Source of the DNA: Niabella sp.
GTDB taxonomy: Bacteria; Bacteroidota; Bacteroidia; Chitinophagales; Chitinophagaceae
Assembly: GCA_017744715.1 (NCBI GenBank)
Contig: JAGIAT010000011.1
Span: 57,617-121,616, forward strand
Length of the DNA: 64,000 nt
Direction of reading: 5' to 3'
Positions within the stretch are counted from its first letter, which is position 1. Every line of letters begins with the position of its first letter. The position numbers were made by a program, and so were the translations under genes. Positions 46,414-56,895 of this stretch are shown in pieces. Below the pieces are notes generated by a model. That model ran no database searches. It worked only from the letters and a program-made list of their open reading frames with translations, and had not been told where the DNA came from.

Positions 46414-49400
46414 TTAAAATCCTGGTGGAAGCCATGCTCCGTGACTTGGGCTATAAATCCAACCTCGACTTTGTAATAAATTTCTTTCAGCATTTAAAAA
46501 ACCTTTTGTTGGAATAAGATTGCCATTCGGTAATCGGTATGAATCAAAAATGGGATTACCTGCACCCATTTCACGTCTTAAAAAACCTGAATTTTGTTTC
46601 CAATTTAATTTAGGAGAACCTTGGTCAAACATCTTGAGCATTCTATCTCCTGCTTTCCATCCTCCCGATTTTGTAGTTTGCTCTGCACCAAACTTAAATA
46701 AATTCAATCCGCCTTCAGTTCCCCCCTTAGCGGCTTCAATAACTTCGGGGGCTGATTTAAACAAGCTTGCTATTTTCAGGGGCGCCGTGCCTAACCAACT
46801 TGCTGCCGAGTTATGAATCCCAAAAGTACCCACACTATGTTGTGGCCAAGGTCCATCTCTACCATAAATTTCCTCATCATTATAAGTGGTGGCTTGTTCA
46901 GATGTGATTACGCTATTAACTATATCAACAATATCCCCATTGCCCATCAATCTGAACAGACTCTTTATTTCTCCACCGGCAGTTGTTATTAATTTTAATT
47001 CCGATCCTACATTTTCCAAACCCTTTCGCTCACCGCTTCCCTCAAACCATTTATAATAGGCCTTCCCAGTATTGCGATTTTTTCCCTTGTACCAATCCCA
47101 GGGCTCCATATCATCATCATCATTTGAGGAAGACGCCCTCATTCTTGCCCATGATATAAGCTCTGCAGCTCCTGGAATGGGTGCCATCCCATCCGGATCG
47201 ATAAACCGTATTGGATTGTCAAAGGCATAATTATACGGTGAAAACCGGCGCATCTGGTCTGCCAGCGGGTCTGTCACATGCCATCTCCCGATCTGTGCAT
47301 CATAGAACCGCGCGCCATAGTCATGCTGATCCAGTCCCAGGTCCGCCTGCAGCTCTTTTCCGTTATACCCGTACTTATTTTGTAACCCCGGTGTTGCATT
47401 TTGTAAGGAAATGCCCTTCATCGCCAACCCGAACGGATAGTAATGCGTTTCCTCCAGCAGGGTTCCGTCCTCGTTCACCACCGAACGCACATTCCCCAGG
47501 TGGTCCTTCAGGAAATAATCAGCCGTAAAGGAGCCGCCATCCGGGCGCATACGGCCTTCCTCTGTTGCCACATACTTCAGCACATGATTTTCAAAGATCA
47601 ATCCCCCCAGATAGGTGGTTACTTTTGTCGGCTGCCCGTTTTCCTCAACCGTTTTGCTCAGCTTGTTGCCGGCGGCATCATATTTGTAGGAAATCGTGCC
47701 CTTATTGGCTACAGCAATTTCCTGTGGCAAATTTAGGATATTATAACTGATCCCCGTGATGCCCTTGTTCAGGTCACTGGTAAGATTGCCATTGTCATCA
47801 TAGGTATAATCGTCTCCCGTGTTGGCACCATTATTAAAATCGCCCAGCTGATAACTCCGGGTATCAGCGGCCATTTCGTCTACCCGTTTCAGCTTATTGC
47901 TTAATCCGTTCTTCATATAGCTGTAATGCAGCTCGTCGGTTTTTACCGACAGATTCTGGTTGCTTACAAAACCATATTGGGTCATCTGCCGCATATTGCC
48001 GTTAAAATCATAGGCGGTGGCCGGGTCAACTCCATTGCCCAACTGCATATCGTATTTTACACTGCCCGTCACCCCTGCGGCTCCAGCGATGAAACTACCA
48101 CTGCTGTACTGCCCGAAGTCGGCTTTCATCAGCCGGTTGGCCCGGTCATAGCTGAACTGGTACCGGCGGATCGCCCCGGTGTTGTTGCTCCCCCTTCCCC
48201 TCCAGGTCATTCCGGCTATATTCCCGTTGTAGGATGCACCGGTATAATTATTAATGGCGGCATTGCTATGACTGGTCTTATTATTATTGGTTTTATCATA
48301 CGCCAGATCAAAGCCCAAAAAACCACTTGTTGCCGAAGTTCCGCTGTTCACGTAATCCCTGTTCATACCCAATAGCCAGCCCCGTATATTATAGTCAAAC
48401 AACTGGGTTTCAAGGGCGCCACCGCCATTTACCCCCAGCTTTTTGGCCTCCAGCTGGCCCAACTCATTATAATAGTTCCGAGCAATGATCTTATCCTCAC
48501 TGGCAATGCCCGTGAGGTTATTCACTATATTTTTTGTTACTTGCACTACCCTGCCCAGCGCATCAAAGGTATTCCGGGTTATCGTGGTCAGCGAAACGGC
48601 CGTACCAGTTAATTTGGTCTGTTCATTTACAACCACCAGCGGCTGCCCGGTCCAGCTGTACTGGGTGGTTACCATGTCTGTACCGCCGGTATGATTCCTG
48701 CTTTTTACCTGTATGGGGCGATCCCTTTCATCATAAATAGTAATGGAGGTAGCAGATTGATATCCTGGTTCGTTTATTGACACAACCCTGTTGCCGGTTT
48801 GCAGTCCCTTTGTCCGCGTATCCTGTGTATTTAGTTGGGCATATGGGAATTGACCAGTAGAGGGCAGCAAGTAACTGTCATGCCCCGTACTATACGTGCC
48901 GTTTAATCCGTAAAGATCCGGATAATTTGCAATCCAATCATAGTTATCATAAAACGTTTCCGTAAGCGGGGTGGCATACTCTAGCATTGAAATAGTAGGG
49001 TATTGTATGTTGCTGTTGTCCCCAGACAGTCCCATGGCAGCAGTCCAATGCGTAGCAGGATTATTATCCTGAAGAAACACCAGCCCCGTTTGTACCACGC
49101 GGTTCAGGTGATCATATTTTGTATAATTCCAGGCAGCATTCACCTTTAAGTTTGCATCCTGTGTCAGTACCAGGCGGTCCCGCGCATCATACACCATTAC
49201 CACGCGCTCCGCACCGGGCAGCTTTTTAACGATCATTCGCTTATAATCGTCATATTCATACCGGAAGCACTGCTCATTGAGCAGGTCTGGAGTCAGATAC
49301 CAGCCGGAGCTGTTCATTGCATTCACGCCTTCCGGCTGTACCACGCAACGCAGGTTGCCGGGCCGGTCATAGATATAATAGGTACAGAGCCAGCCGCTGT

Positions 49401-52400
49401 GACCCTTTCCGGGGCCATCATCGGCAGCGGCTAATAGCTGCACTTTTTTTAATACCACCTGTCCTTCCTTGTTTTTAAACTCCACTACCTGGCTTCCGTG
49501 CTCATCGGTAGTGATCAGCTTGTATAAGGTGCCGGGGGCATACATGTACGCTGTTGTATTGATATAACTGCCAAAGTCGCCCATTGCAGTAGCATCCGTT
49601 ACATCCCAAACGCGTACGGAATCCTGCACCGTATTAAACAGGTGTTTACTTGCGATGCCGCGACCGGCGCCGCCCCAGCTGCTACCGGGGGCAAACTGCT
49701 GTGTAACCCGGCCCAGGGGTGATGCTTCAAATTCCGTGCGGCTGAAGAACTGTGTTTCGTTCTGACCGGAATAGGGATTGCCGTTGCCACTGTAATATTC
49801 CTGCTGCTGCACCGTTGCCTGGTCCTTATACCATCCTCCACCAACCGCACTAACATAGGGCAAATAGGTTTTTGTTTGCCGGCCATACGCGTCATATGCT
49901 TCAGGTATAACCATATCCCTGTAGATGCCGGTGGCCGTGGTAAGCGCGCCTTGTTTGATCACGGTCTGCTCCGACCTGCCCAGGCCATCCAAATACTTCG
50001 CCGTATGGCTGACATCTTGTACCTCCCGGTCTGCCAGCATCCCCGGATTGGTTTCCGGGTACTTGGGCACCCATTCTTTGATAAAATTCCGGTACTCCGT
50101 TGTTGCCGGAGGAAGCGCCGAAGCCTGTATGCTTACAGCTACAGACAGGTTAATGGTCCCGGTTTTTGAACCAGATCCCTCCGCTACAATATAATAGGTA
50201 CCGGCCGCAAGGCCCGTCAGCTGGATGGCCGCCTGGAAGCTGTTGCACAACGGCCCATTATGATCATTTGACTGGATAACGGTGCCGCTGCTGTTCAATA
50301 CATGCAGATAGGTGTCGAAGCCGGAGCCGCAGGTAGAAACAGTAAGATCGGCGGCGCTGCCCAGTGTTACCTTGTAATAAATATCATCACTGGCTTGGCC
50401 ATAGTCATTCCCATACCCATTGCTTACATCATTGCTGCGCTTATCCGAATAGGTATAGATACCGGGATTGGTATAACTGCCCACCACAATGGCATTGCTC
50501 ATATTTACACCTTCCGAAGCAGGGGTGGTTGACTGCGATTGCACCACTGTTGTAATTGATAAGTTGATCGTGCCGCTACCCGTACCAGCACCCTCAGCTA
50601 CGACATAATAAGTACCCGCCGCAAGCCCCGTCAACTGGAGCGATGCCTGAGCCCCGCTGCATGAGGGCCCGTTATCATCATTGGATTGAACCAGCCCCCC
50701 GCTGCTGTTCAATACATGCAGGTAGGTATTAAAACCGGAGCCACATGTAGATACGGACAAGTTGGCCGTGTTGCCGACCGTTATTTTATAGTAGATATCA
50801 TCACTGGCCTGGCCATAGTCGTTCCCATACCCGTTGGCTCCGTCGTTGCTGCGATTGTCCGTATACGTATAGGTACCCGGAGATGTATAATTCCCCGCAA
50901 CGATGGCATTGCCCATATTGGCTCCCGCAGGAGCAGTGCCGCCTTGTACCGTTGTTGAAACTACCAGGTTGATGGTACCGCTGCTGGTGCCGTTGCCCTC
51001 TGCCACGATATAATAGGTTCCTGCAGGAAGGCCCGATAACTGCAGTGATGCTTCGGTACCGCTGCACCAGGGGCCATTGTCATCGTTATACTGTACAAGC
51101 CCACCGCTGCTGTTCAATACATGCAGGTAGGTATTGAATAAGGATCCACAGGTAGACACAGCCAGGTTGGAGGTATTGTTCACCGTTACCTTGTAGTAGA
51201 TATCATCACTGGTCTGGCCATAGTCGTTCCCATATCCGTTGCTGGTCTGGTTATTGCGATTATCCATATACGTATAGGTGCCCGGGCTGGTATAATTACC
51301 GATCACGATCGCATTACTCATATTTACCCCTTCGGAGGGCGCAGTGGGGCCATGTACCGTGGTTGTTACCGCCAGGTTAATGGTACCGCTGAACACATGA
51401 AATCCTTCCGCCACGATATAGTAGGTTCCGGGAACAAGATTGGTCAACTGTATGGAGGCGTTGCTTCCCACACAGAGCGGCCCATCGTCATTATTATACT
51501 GGATCAGGCCACCGTTGACGTTTAACACGTGCAGAAAGGTATTAAAATCAGAGCCGCAGGTATTTACCGAAAGATCGGCGGTATCGCTCACGGTTATTTT
51601 ATAGAAAATATCGTCACTGTACTGCCCATAGTCGTCTTCGTATCCATAACTGATATCATTGCTGCGTACATCGGTATAGGTATAGGTGCCGGGGGCTGTA
51701 TAATTGCCGATCACGATCGCGTTGCCCATATTCACCCCCTGAGAAGCTGAAAGGGATAGCACCGTTGTTGTTACGGACAAATTAATCGTACCCGTGTTAG
51801 TAGTATATCCCTCAGCCACGATATAATACGTACCTGCCGGAAGATTCGACAACTGAAGATAAGATTGGCTTCCATTACATATTGAATGATCATCGTTGGA
51901 CTGTACTAGTCCTCCGCTACTATTTAAGACATGTAAATACGTATCAAAATTGGAACCGCATGTTGACACGGTAAGATCCGTTGGACCGCTGACCGTTATT
52001 TTGTAAAAAATGTCGTCGCTGGGCTGGCCATAGTCGTTTCCATACCCATTGGCAGGATCGTTACTTCTACTGTCGGTGTATGTAAATGTGCCCGGCACCG
52101 TATAATTACCAATTTGTATGGCATTCCCCATCGTATCACCACCTAAGGTAACCGTAAGTCCCACACTTATATTATATGTTCCGTAGGAAGAACCATATCC
52201 CTCTACAACAATATAATATACTCCAGCAGGAATATTGGTTTGCAGGGATGATGACCTGCCCGAACAAAATGGACCGTTATCATCATTTGAGGCGACCACA
52301 TTACCATTTGCATCCAGCAAATAGAGGTAGGTGTCTAGTTGTGCCTGACACAATGATATGCTCAGGTCGGTTCTTCCGGCTACTTCAAACCGATAAAATA

Positions 52401-52629
52401 CATCGTCGCTTGCCTCGCCGTAATCATTGCCATAACCTGAAGCAGGGATATTGTCTCTCGCATCAGCATAATTATGGGATCCAATGGAATAATTACCCAT
52501 AATGACCGGATTCGTCATGTTGCTTCCCGTTGGCTGACTCAGAACATATAAATGACAGCACAAAGTAAAAAGCAGCAGTAAGAATCCCGGCAATATGGTA
52601 TTTTTCAATGACCTCTGTATTCGTTGCAT
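46414..52629 (-). CDS. RHS-repeat polymorphic toxin: signal peptide + 6 PPC-like domains + DUF6443-like region + YD repeats + RHS core (DPDGM) + 256-aa unclassified C-terminal toxin domain
   Basis: 2071-aa ORF. The RHS core is [45 protein letters not shown] (M1815 at 47185-47187). YD repeats occur throughout residues ~850-1800. Six DD.FY.....D..L.V...G.YYIVAEG units occupy residues ~33-838. Confidence 0.95.
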   Translation of the reverse strand: MQRIQRSLKNTILPGFLLLLFTLCCHLYVLSQPTGSNMTNPVIMGNYSIGSHNYADARDNIPASGYGNDYGEASDDVFYRFEVAGRTDLSISLCQAQLDTYLYLLDANGNVVASNDDNGPFCSGRSSSLQTNIPAGVYYIVVEGYGSSYGTYNISVGLTVTLGGDTMGNAIQIGNYTVPGTFTYTDSRSNDPANGYGNDYGQPSDDIFYKITVSGPTDLTVSTCGSNFDTYLHVLNSSGGLVQSNDDHSICNGSQSYLQLSNLPAGTYYIVAEGYTTNTGTINLSVTTTVLSLSASQGVNMGNAIVIGNYTAPGTYTYTDVRSNDISYGYEDDYGQYSDDIFYKITVSDTADLSVNTCGSDFNTFLHVLNVNGGLIQYNNDDGPLCVGSNASIQLTNLVPGTYYIVAEGFHVFSGTINLAVTTTVHGPTAPSEGVNMSNAIVIGNYTSPGTYTYMDNRNNQTSNGYGNDYGQTSDDIYYKVTVNNTSNLAVSTCGSLFNTYLHVLNSSGGLVQYNDDNGPWCSGTEASLQLSGLPAGTYYIVAEGNGTSSGTINLVVSTTVQGGTAPAGANMGNAIVAGNYTSPGTYTYTDNRSNDGANGYGNDYGQASDDIYYKITVGNTANLSVSTCGSGFNTYLHVLNSSGGLVQSNDDNGPSCSGAQASLQLTGLAAGTYYVVAEGAGTGSGTINLSITTVVQSQSTTPASEGVNMSNAIVVGSYTNPGIYTYSDKRSNDVSNGYGNDYGQASDDIYYKVTLGSAADLTVSTCGSGFDTYLHVLNSSGTVIQSNDHNGPLCNSFQAAIQLTGLAAGTYYIVAEGSGSKTGTINLSVAVSIQASALPPATTEYRNFIKEWVPKYPETNPGMLADREVQDVSHTAKYLDGLGRSEQTVIKQGALTTATGIYRDMVIPEAYDAYGRQTKTYLPYVSAVGGGWYKDQATVQQQEYYSGNGNPYSGQNETQFFSRTEFEASPLGRVTQQFAPGSSWGGAGRGIASKHLFNTVQDSVRVWDVTDATAMGDFGSYINTTAYMYAPGTLYKLITTDEHGSQVVEFKNKEGQVVLKKVQLLAAADDGPGKGHSGWLCTYYIYDRPGNLRCVVQPEGVNAMNSSGWYLTPDLLNEQCFRYEYDDYKRMIVKKLPGAERVVMVYDARDRLVLTQDANLKVNAAWNYTKYDHLNRVVQTGLVFLQDNNPATHWTAAMGLSGDNSNIQYPTISMLEYATPLTETFYDNYDWIANYPDLYGLNGTYSTGHDSYLLPSTGQFPYAQLNTQDTRTKGLQTGNRVVSINEPGYQSATSITIYDERDRPIQVKSRNHTGGTDMVTTQYSWTGQPLVVVNEQTKLTGTAVSLTTITRNTFDALGRVVQVTKNIVNNLTGIASEDKIIARNYYNELGQLEAKKLGVNGGGALETQLFDYNIRGWLLGMNRDYVNSGTSATSGFLGFDLAYDKTNNNKTSHSNAAINNYTGASYNGNIAGMTWRGRGSNNTGAIRRYQFSYDRANRLMKADFGQYSSGSFIAGAAGVTGSVKYDMQLGNGVDPATAYDFNGNMRQMTQYGFVSNQNLSVKTDELHYSYMKNGLSNKLKRVDEMAADTRSYQLGDFNNGANTGDDYTYDDNGNLTSDLNKGITGISYNILNLPQEIAVANKGTISYKYDAAGNKLSKTVEENGQPTKVTTYLGGLIFENHVLKYVATEEGRMRPDGGSFTADYFLKDHLGNVRSVVNEDGTLLEETHYYPFGLAMKGISLQNATPGLQNKYGYNGKELQADLGLDQHDYGARFYDAQIGRWHVTDPLADQMRRFSPYNYAFDNPIRFIDPDGMAPIPGAAELISWARMRASSSNDDDDMEPWDWYKGKNRNTGKAYYKWFEGSGERKGLENVGSELKLITTAGGEIKSLFRLMGNGDIVDIVNSVITSEQATTYNDEEIYGRDGPWPQHSVGTFGIHNSAASWLGTAPLKIASLFKSAPEVIEAAKGGTEGGLNLFKFGAEQTTKSGGWKAGDRMLKMFDQGSPKLNWKQNSGFLRREMGAGNPIFDSYRLPNGNLIPTKGFLNAERNLLQSRGWIYSPSHGAWLPPGF
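50120..52533 (-). repeat. six tandem ~405-bp coding repeats (PPC-like domains) inside the RHS gene
   Basis: The GTYYIVAEG-coding landmark recurs at about 50190, 50600, 51010, 51418, 51822 and 52212. The repeats generate many spurious antisense ORFs in the track. Confidence 0.85.
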
Positions 52630-52647
52630 TTGATCCGTTTTAGTGAT

Positions 52648-52974
52648 TTATTTAACAAACTCCTTTTTAATGGCCTGGTATTGATCGTACTGGGCGGTGG
52701 TCATTACGGTTCTGTAATAGGCATCCCGTTTTTTTTCGATGCGTACGGACTCCCTTGCCCGGCCTACACTGTCTTCCTGCTTAAACTGGGTTCTCATTTT
52801 AGCAAGCTCTTTTTCCCTCTGCTGCTCCATCCAGTATACCTTATACCGCTTCACACTGTCTAACCCCAGAGAGGTGCTCATCCGGTCAACCCTGGAAAGG
52901 GTCGTAGTTTGCTGCTGCGCCCGGGTTTTGACGGTCATAAACAAAGGGACCATTAAAAGAAGAAGACTTTTCAT
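52648..52974 (-). CDS. small secreted basic helical protein (108 aa), possible periplasmic chaperone/adaptor
   Basis: Signal peptide MKSLLLLMVPLFMTVKTRAQ, a charged helical body and one LTxxQ-like motif (MTTAQYDQY). Its stop is 18 nt before the RHS start. Confidence 0.55.
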   Translation of the reverse strand: MKSLLLLMVPLFMTVKTRAQQQTTTLSRVDRMSTSLGLDSVKRYKVYWMEQQREKELAKMRTQFKQEDSVGRARESVRIEKKRDAYYRTVMTTAQYDQYQAIKKEFVK

Positions 52975-53088
52975 ATTGAATTGCTTTATATTTATTAGAA
53001 GTTGCGATAGGGAGCACAGGCTATTGCTGCCCTCCGGCGATCACTCACCGGTATTTATTGCATAGTCATTGGTTTTTACATCCCGGCA

Positions 53089-56000
53089 TTAATACATTAA
53101 TGTTCCGATGCTGATTTCATAAGGCTGGCCTGCTACAAGCACAACCTCGTCTCCGCTTTTGAAACTGCCATATGAACCGGGACTGTTCATATCCAGTACG
53201 GAATAAACCAAACAGCCGTTTTGATAATTCACGCCCGCACTGATCCGGATACTCACTTTATAGGTACCGGCCGGGATGCGCGCTGTATGCTCCGCCGGCG
53301 TTGAAGAATAGGGTTTAAACTTATAGGTTGCTACCACGGCATCATTCCGGATAAAATCTACACACAACATGGATGGCGCGGCCACCTGGGTTGCAATCGA
53401 ATAACGCAGCTTAACATCCGCCATAATATTTGATCCCGGGTTGTCGGGAACCGTTGTACCAGATCCGTTCTCAGCGTATGCAATGGCATTTTGGTCGGCC
53501 GATTGCTGGTCAATTCCCATCATTGTACCGCCTTCCACAATTTTATTATAAAAAAGCCAAATTCCTAAATCCTGAACATTTTGAGAGCGCATGACAGGCA
53601 CGTTCAGATACAATGGACTGGCTCCTGCACTGCTGAAATTGCGCATTTTATAAGCGTATTGTCCCAGTATACGACCATTATGATCTTTTTTCGCGATCAG
53701 CCGGCCCACGGGGTCGTATTCAAAATAGGCCGGTTTTGTATTGGGACCGGTATGGCTGCTTACACCTACCAGCGGCCGGTAGGTATAAATATCCGCAACT
53801 ATACCGGGCTGGTTAAGTCCCGACAGCAGTGCCCGGAGGTCTGCATCACTCGTTGGATTGATAATCTGGGCGTTTGATTTGTAGGATGCCGGAATGGCCG
53901 CATAGGTCTGCCCTTTCAGTTCGGCAACGGGATGCAAGAACCGGTATCCCCACAGGTATGAAACCGGCAAACCATCGCGCCCCTTCATTTCCAATATATT
54001 TCCATACTGGTCATATTCCTGGATATGCTGATCCTCTCTAAGTGGTTTTCCATTAATTGAACTGCTAAGGGCAACGGGCGCTATCACTCCTAACCCAACC
54101 GGGAATTGGCTATACTCCGTTTTCTGCCGCGCAACTTCCTTTCCCAGGGTAACATTGGTTTCAATTTCTTCGATACGCGCATTTACCATATTCCGGTTCA
54201 CCATTAAATCATAAACAGGGGTTCCTGTAAAATTATAGGCATATCTGAGTTGCTTTTCTATTTCTGCCCCCTTGCTGTCGCTGGTTTTAATTTTTGAGGG
54301 ATTCAGGTACGGCAGGTTATTATATTCATATTGCGTTACGGTTTTCAGGCTATCTGTATCGGTATACGAGGTTTCGGTTATTTTATCCGGCAGCAGCCGG
54401 CCGGACGGAATTCCATACTCGCCGTATATGAACTCCTGACCCGGATAATGTCCTGTTGATGAAAAGTTTTCAGCAGGGTTATAGAACGTCCAGGAATTAA
54501 CCGGGGTGCTACCAGAAATAACGGAGTACATTACCCGCAAAAAGGCAAAATTAACCCGGATCTGTTCCGGTTTTAAATAGGCTGTGTAGGTGAAATCTTT
54601 TTTATAGATCAGCCGGTACAGGTCATTTAATTCATGCGACAAAGCACTCGTATTATACAAATACTTCTTAACCGACTTTTGAGCCCCCATAAGCCCACCT
54701 GTTTTTAACCGGCTTATATTCGTTCCCTCAATACGGTTCTCTGCATACAGATAGGCGTTATTATTATTGTAATACTGCTCGGGGGAATAGTACTCATATA
54801 CTGTCTTCCCGGTCTTTTTTCCCAGGTCCTGGTTATACTCGGTCACTTTCTCATAATAAATGGGAGCACCGTTACTATAGGTATAATCCAGGGCCGATGC
54901 CGGCTGATAGGTCGTTTTTGTTTCCATGGTGTAAATACTGAAGCAGCTTTTCGTATCGCAGGATGTTCCCGGGTTTAAGGCTTTCAAATAGGCGATCTTT
55001 TGTTCGTACCCCACTGTTCCGTAATGAAACTGGCCGCTTTCCTTTGCACGTGCCGGGCGATTGACCAATACACCCGTTCCATCTTCCAGTTTTCCATAAC
55101 GATAGTATTTTTGTCCAGCAAATGTGCCATCCTCCTTATACGTATTAATAGCCCTGATCCGCAAACCGCCGCAAAGCTGCGGCAGGGAGTTCTGTGCTCC
55201 CAGCCAGTTGAATTGTTCTGTATAGCTGTTGGCTTCAAAATCAAAATCCGCATATCCTCCGGTAGGATAAACGATCCGTTTCAGGATGCCTCTTTTCATA
55301 GCTTCTTCACCCGGGGCCTCCGCCCAGTTATTACCGGTAACCATAATGGGAATGTTTGAGGCAAAGTTTCCGCATCCACCCTGGATATCCCTGTAAAAAC
55401 GGTCCTGGTTCCGTTTAATGGTTGGCAGCGACATTACATTCATGGAGGTATTATTTGCATACGCGATCTCCACTGTGTTATCATTGGGATACCCCCAGGC
55501 ATCGTGCCCCTTCAAATGATTGCCGAAACAGTATTTCGACTGGTATCCCAGTGCATAGCGTTCATAGGTATCCGCGCCATTCCGGATATGTAATGAATCG
55601 AGATACATCGTTCCCTGGAAATTTGGTCCATTATAGTTTTTTGCTTCTTGGGTATACACAGGTGCTGTATATGACTGGAAAAAATATACAGTTTTCAATT
55701 CCTCACCGGATGGTCCAAGTACCCGGATATTATTCAGCTTGTCTGCCCCGTTAAACTGTACTTTTCCACCGCGAAAACTGATCTCAGAAACGGAGAGCCC
55801 ATGTATATTTTGCGCAGAACTATTCGTTACTCCTGTTCGTTCATAAACGGCGTCTACAACATTATTCGTACTACTCAGACGGGGTACATGAAAATAAGAC
55901 TTGGCGCTGTTGCCATAGACCACCATATATTTCGGCGATGATATTTCATAAAAAGGAGGCAAGTAATTATAATCTGTAGTCTGCGTCATTTCCGTTCTAT

Positions 56001-56895
56001 CCGATGTATAGTAATTAATCATGCCGCAGGGGTTTTCATTATTGTAATACTCTACATAGTCATTATAACTCCTGTATGTTACCATAGCCTTGGGCGTATA
56101 ACTAAAGGATAATTCTTCAATGCCCTGGGAGCTTACAATACGTTTACATTTCCAGGCAGAAACTACGCATCCGAAACAGGTACCGTCTGCACCCGCGCCC
56201 GTAACTTCCATTCCCTTGCTCAGCAACAAATTAACATCCCCGGCACCCGATTCTCCAAAATAATATTTCGTTCCGTCCACATCTGTGATGACAAACTGAT
56301 TGTAGTTAAATTCTATTTTGATATTATCAAAAGGAACCGGCACGATGCTGTATCCCGATCCCGAGGTGTTTTTTTGAAAATAAAAAGACCCAGATTTATT
56401 GAGTAATTTATACGTAAACTTGTCGGGACTTGCATCCTTTTCCCCTGTTGCCAGGTAGTAGTTCTCCTGGTAGGAAGTAGGATAGGTACATCCGGAACAG
56501 CTCGAAGGATTCGGATAATAGGTCTTCACCAGGCTGTTATTGATATACCCCGCTGAAAGGAAATCGTCCTTACCGTTTACCGTGCGTGTAATCTGGAGAT
56601 CATTGCTTAAGGACCAGCCCAACCCGGCCCTGGTTGCCTGCTCGTTGATCCGGAAGCCGCCGGCATGGTATACCAGGTCAACCGGCAATTTTAATCCACC
56701 CACATTGATCTCATAAAATGGTATTCGTATATCCGGCACACCCGTATTATAATCAACCGGGTAATTGACCATTTTGGTCAATGCTGCCGCCTCCGGTGTT
56801 ACCGGGGTCAATTTACTTGTTTGGCCCAAAACCATGGTGTAACAACCCATTAGCAAAAAAAAACTCAAAGCAGCTATTCTAGTCCTGATCTTCAT
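53089..56895 (-). CDS. large secreted protein (1268 aa) with SpvB/TcB-like N-terminal motif and degenerate C-terminal YD-like repeats
   Basis: Signal peptide. NTGVPDIRIPFYEINVGGLKLPVDLVYHAGGFRINEQATRAGLGWSLSNDLQITRTVNG follows the TG..IP....G..L.L.Y.S....G.GWSL...I.R pattern of SpvB/TcB N-termini. YD-like FEYDPVGRLIAKKDHNGRILGQYAY and QEYDQYGNILEMKGRDG lie near the C-terminus. Confidence 0.85.
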   Translation of the reverse strand: MKIRTRIAALSFFLLMGCYTMVLGQTSKLTPVTPEAAALTKMVNYPVDYNTGVPDIRIPFYEINVGGLKLPVDLVYHAGGFRINEQATRAGLGWSLSNDLQITRTVNGKDDFLSAGYINNSLVKTYYPNPSSCSGCTYPTSYQENYYLATGEKDASPDKFTYKLLNKSGSFYFQKNTSGSGYSIVPVPFDNIKIEFNYNQFVITDVDGTKYYFGESGAGDVNLLLSKGMEVTGAGADGTCFGCVVSAWKCKRIVSSQGIEELSFSYTPKAMVTYRSYNDYVEYYNNENPCGMINYYTSDRTEMTQTTDYNYLPPFYEISSPKYMVVYGNSAKSYFHVPRLSSTNNVVDAVYERTGVTNSSAQNIHGLSVSEISFRGGKVQFNGADKLNNIRVLGPSGEELKTVYFFQSYTAPVYTQEAKNYNGPNFQGTMYLDSLHIRNGADTYERYALGYQSKYCFGNHLKGHDAWGYPNDNTVEIAYANNTSMNVMSLPTIKRNQDRFYRDIQGGCGNFASNIPIMVTGNNWAEAPGEEAMKRGILKRIVYPTGGYADFDFEANSYTEQFNWLGAQNSLPQLCGGLRIRAINTYKEDGTFAGQKYYRYGKLEDGTGVLVNRPARAKESGQFHYGTVGYEQKIAYLKALNPGTSCDTKSCFSIYTMETKTTYQPASALDYTYSNGAPIYYEKVTEYNQDLGKKTGKTVYEYYSPEQYYNNNNAYLYAENRIEGTNISRLKTGGLMGAQKSVKKYLYNTSALSHELNDLYRLIYKKDFTYTAYLKPEQIRVNFAFLRVMYSVISGSTPVNSWTFYNPAENFSSTGHYPGQEFIYGEYGIPSGRLLPDKITETSYTDTDSLKTVTQYEYNNLPYLNPSKIKTSDSKGAEIEKQLRYAYNFTGTPVYDLMVNRNMVNARIEEIETNVTLGKEVARQKTEYSQFPVGLGVIAPVALSSSINGKPLREDQHIQEYDQYGNILEMKGRDGLPVSYLWGYRFLHPVAELKGQTYAAIPASYKSNAQIINPTSDADLRALLSGLNQPGIVADIYTYRPLVGVSSHTGPNTKPAYFEYDPVGRLIAKKDHNGRILGQYAYKMRNFSSAGASPLYLNVPVMRSQNVQDLGIWLFYNKIVEGGTMMGIDQQSADQNAIAYAENGSGTTVPDNPGSNIMADVKLRYSIATQVAAPSMLCVDFIRNDAVVATYKFKPYSSTPAEHTARIPAGTYKVSIRISAGVNYQNGCLVYSVLDMNSPGSYGSFKSGDEVVLVAGQPYEISIGTLMY

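Noticed and set aside
50302-52502. Several 60-110-aa ORFs on the plus strand within the RHS gene
   Set aside because: They are antisense to the six PPC-coding repeats and recur with the repeat period. They are artefacts of the repetitive coding sequence.
46414-52629. T6SS (PAAR/VgrG-linked) or T9SS delivery of the RHS toxin
   Set aside because: I could see no PAAR-like Cys/His-rich N-terminal domain. No vgrG, hcp or tss genes are in the window. A T9SS C-terminal sorting domain is incompatible with the C-terminal toxin. The export route is left open as a question rather than asserted.
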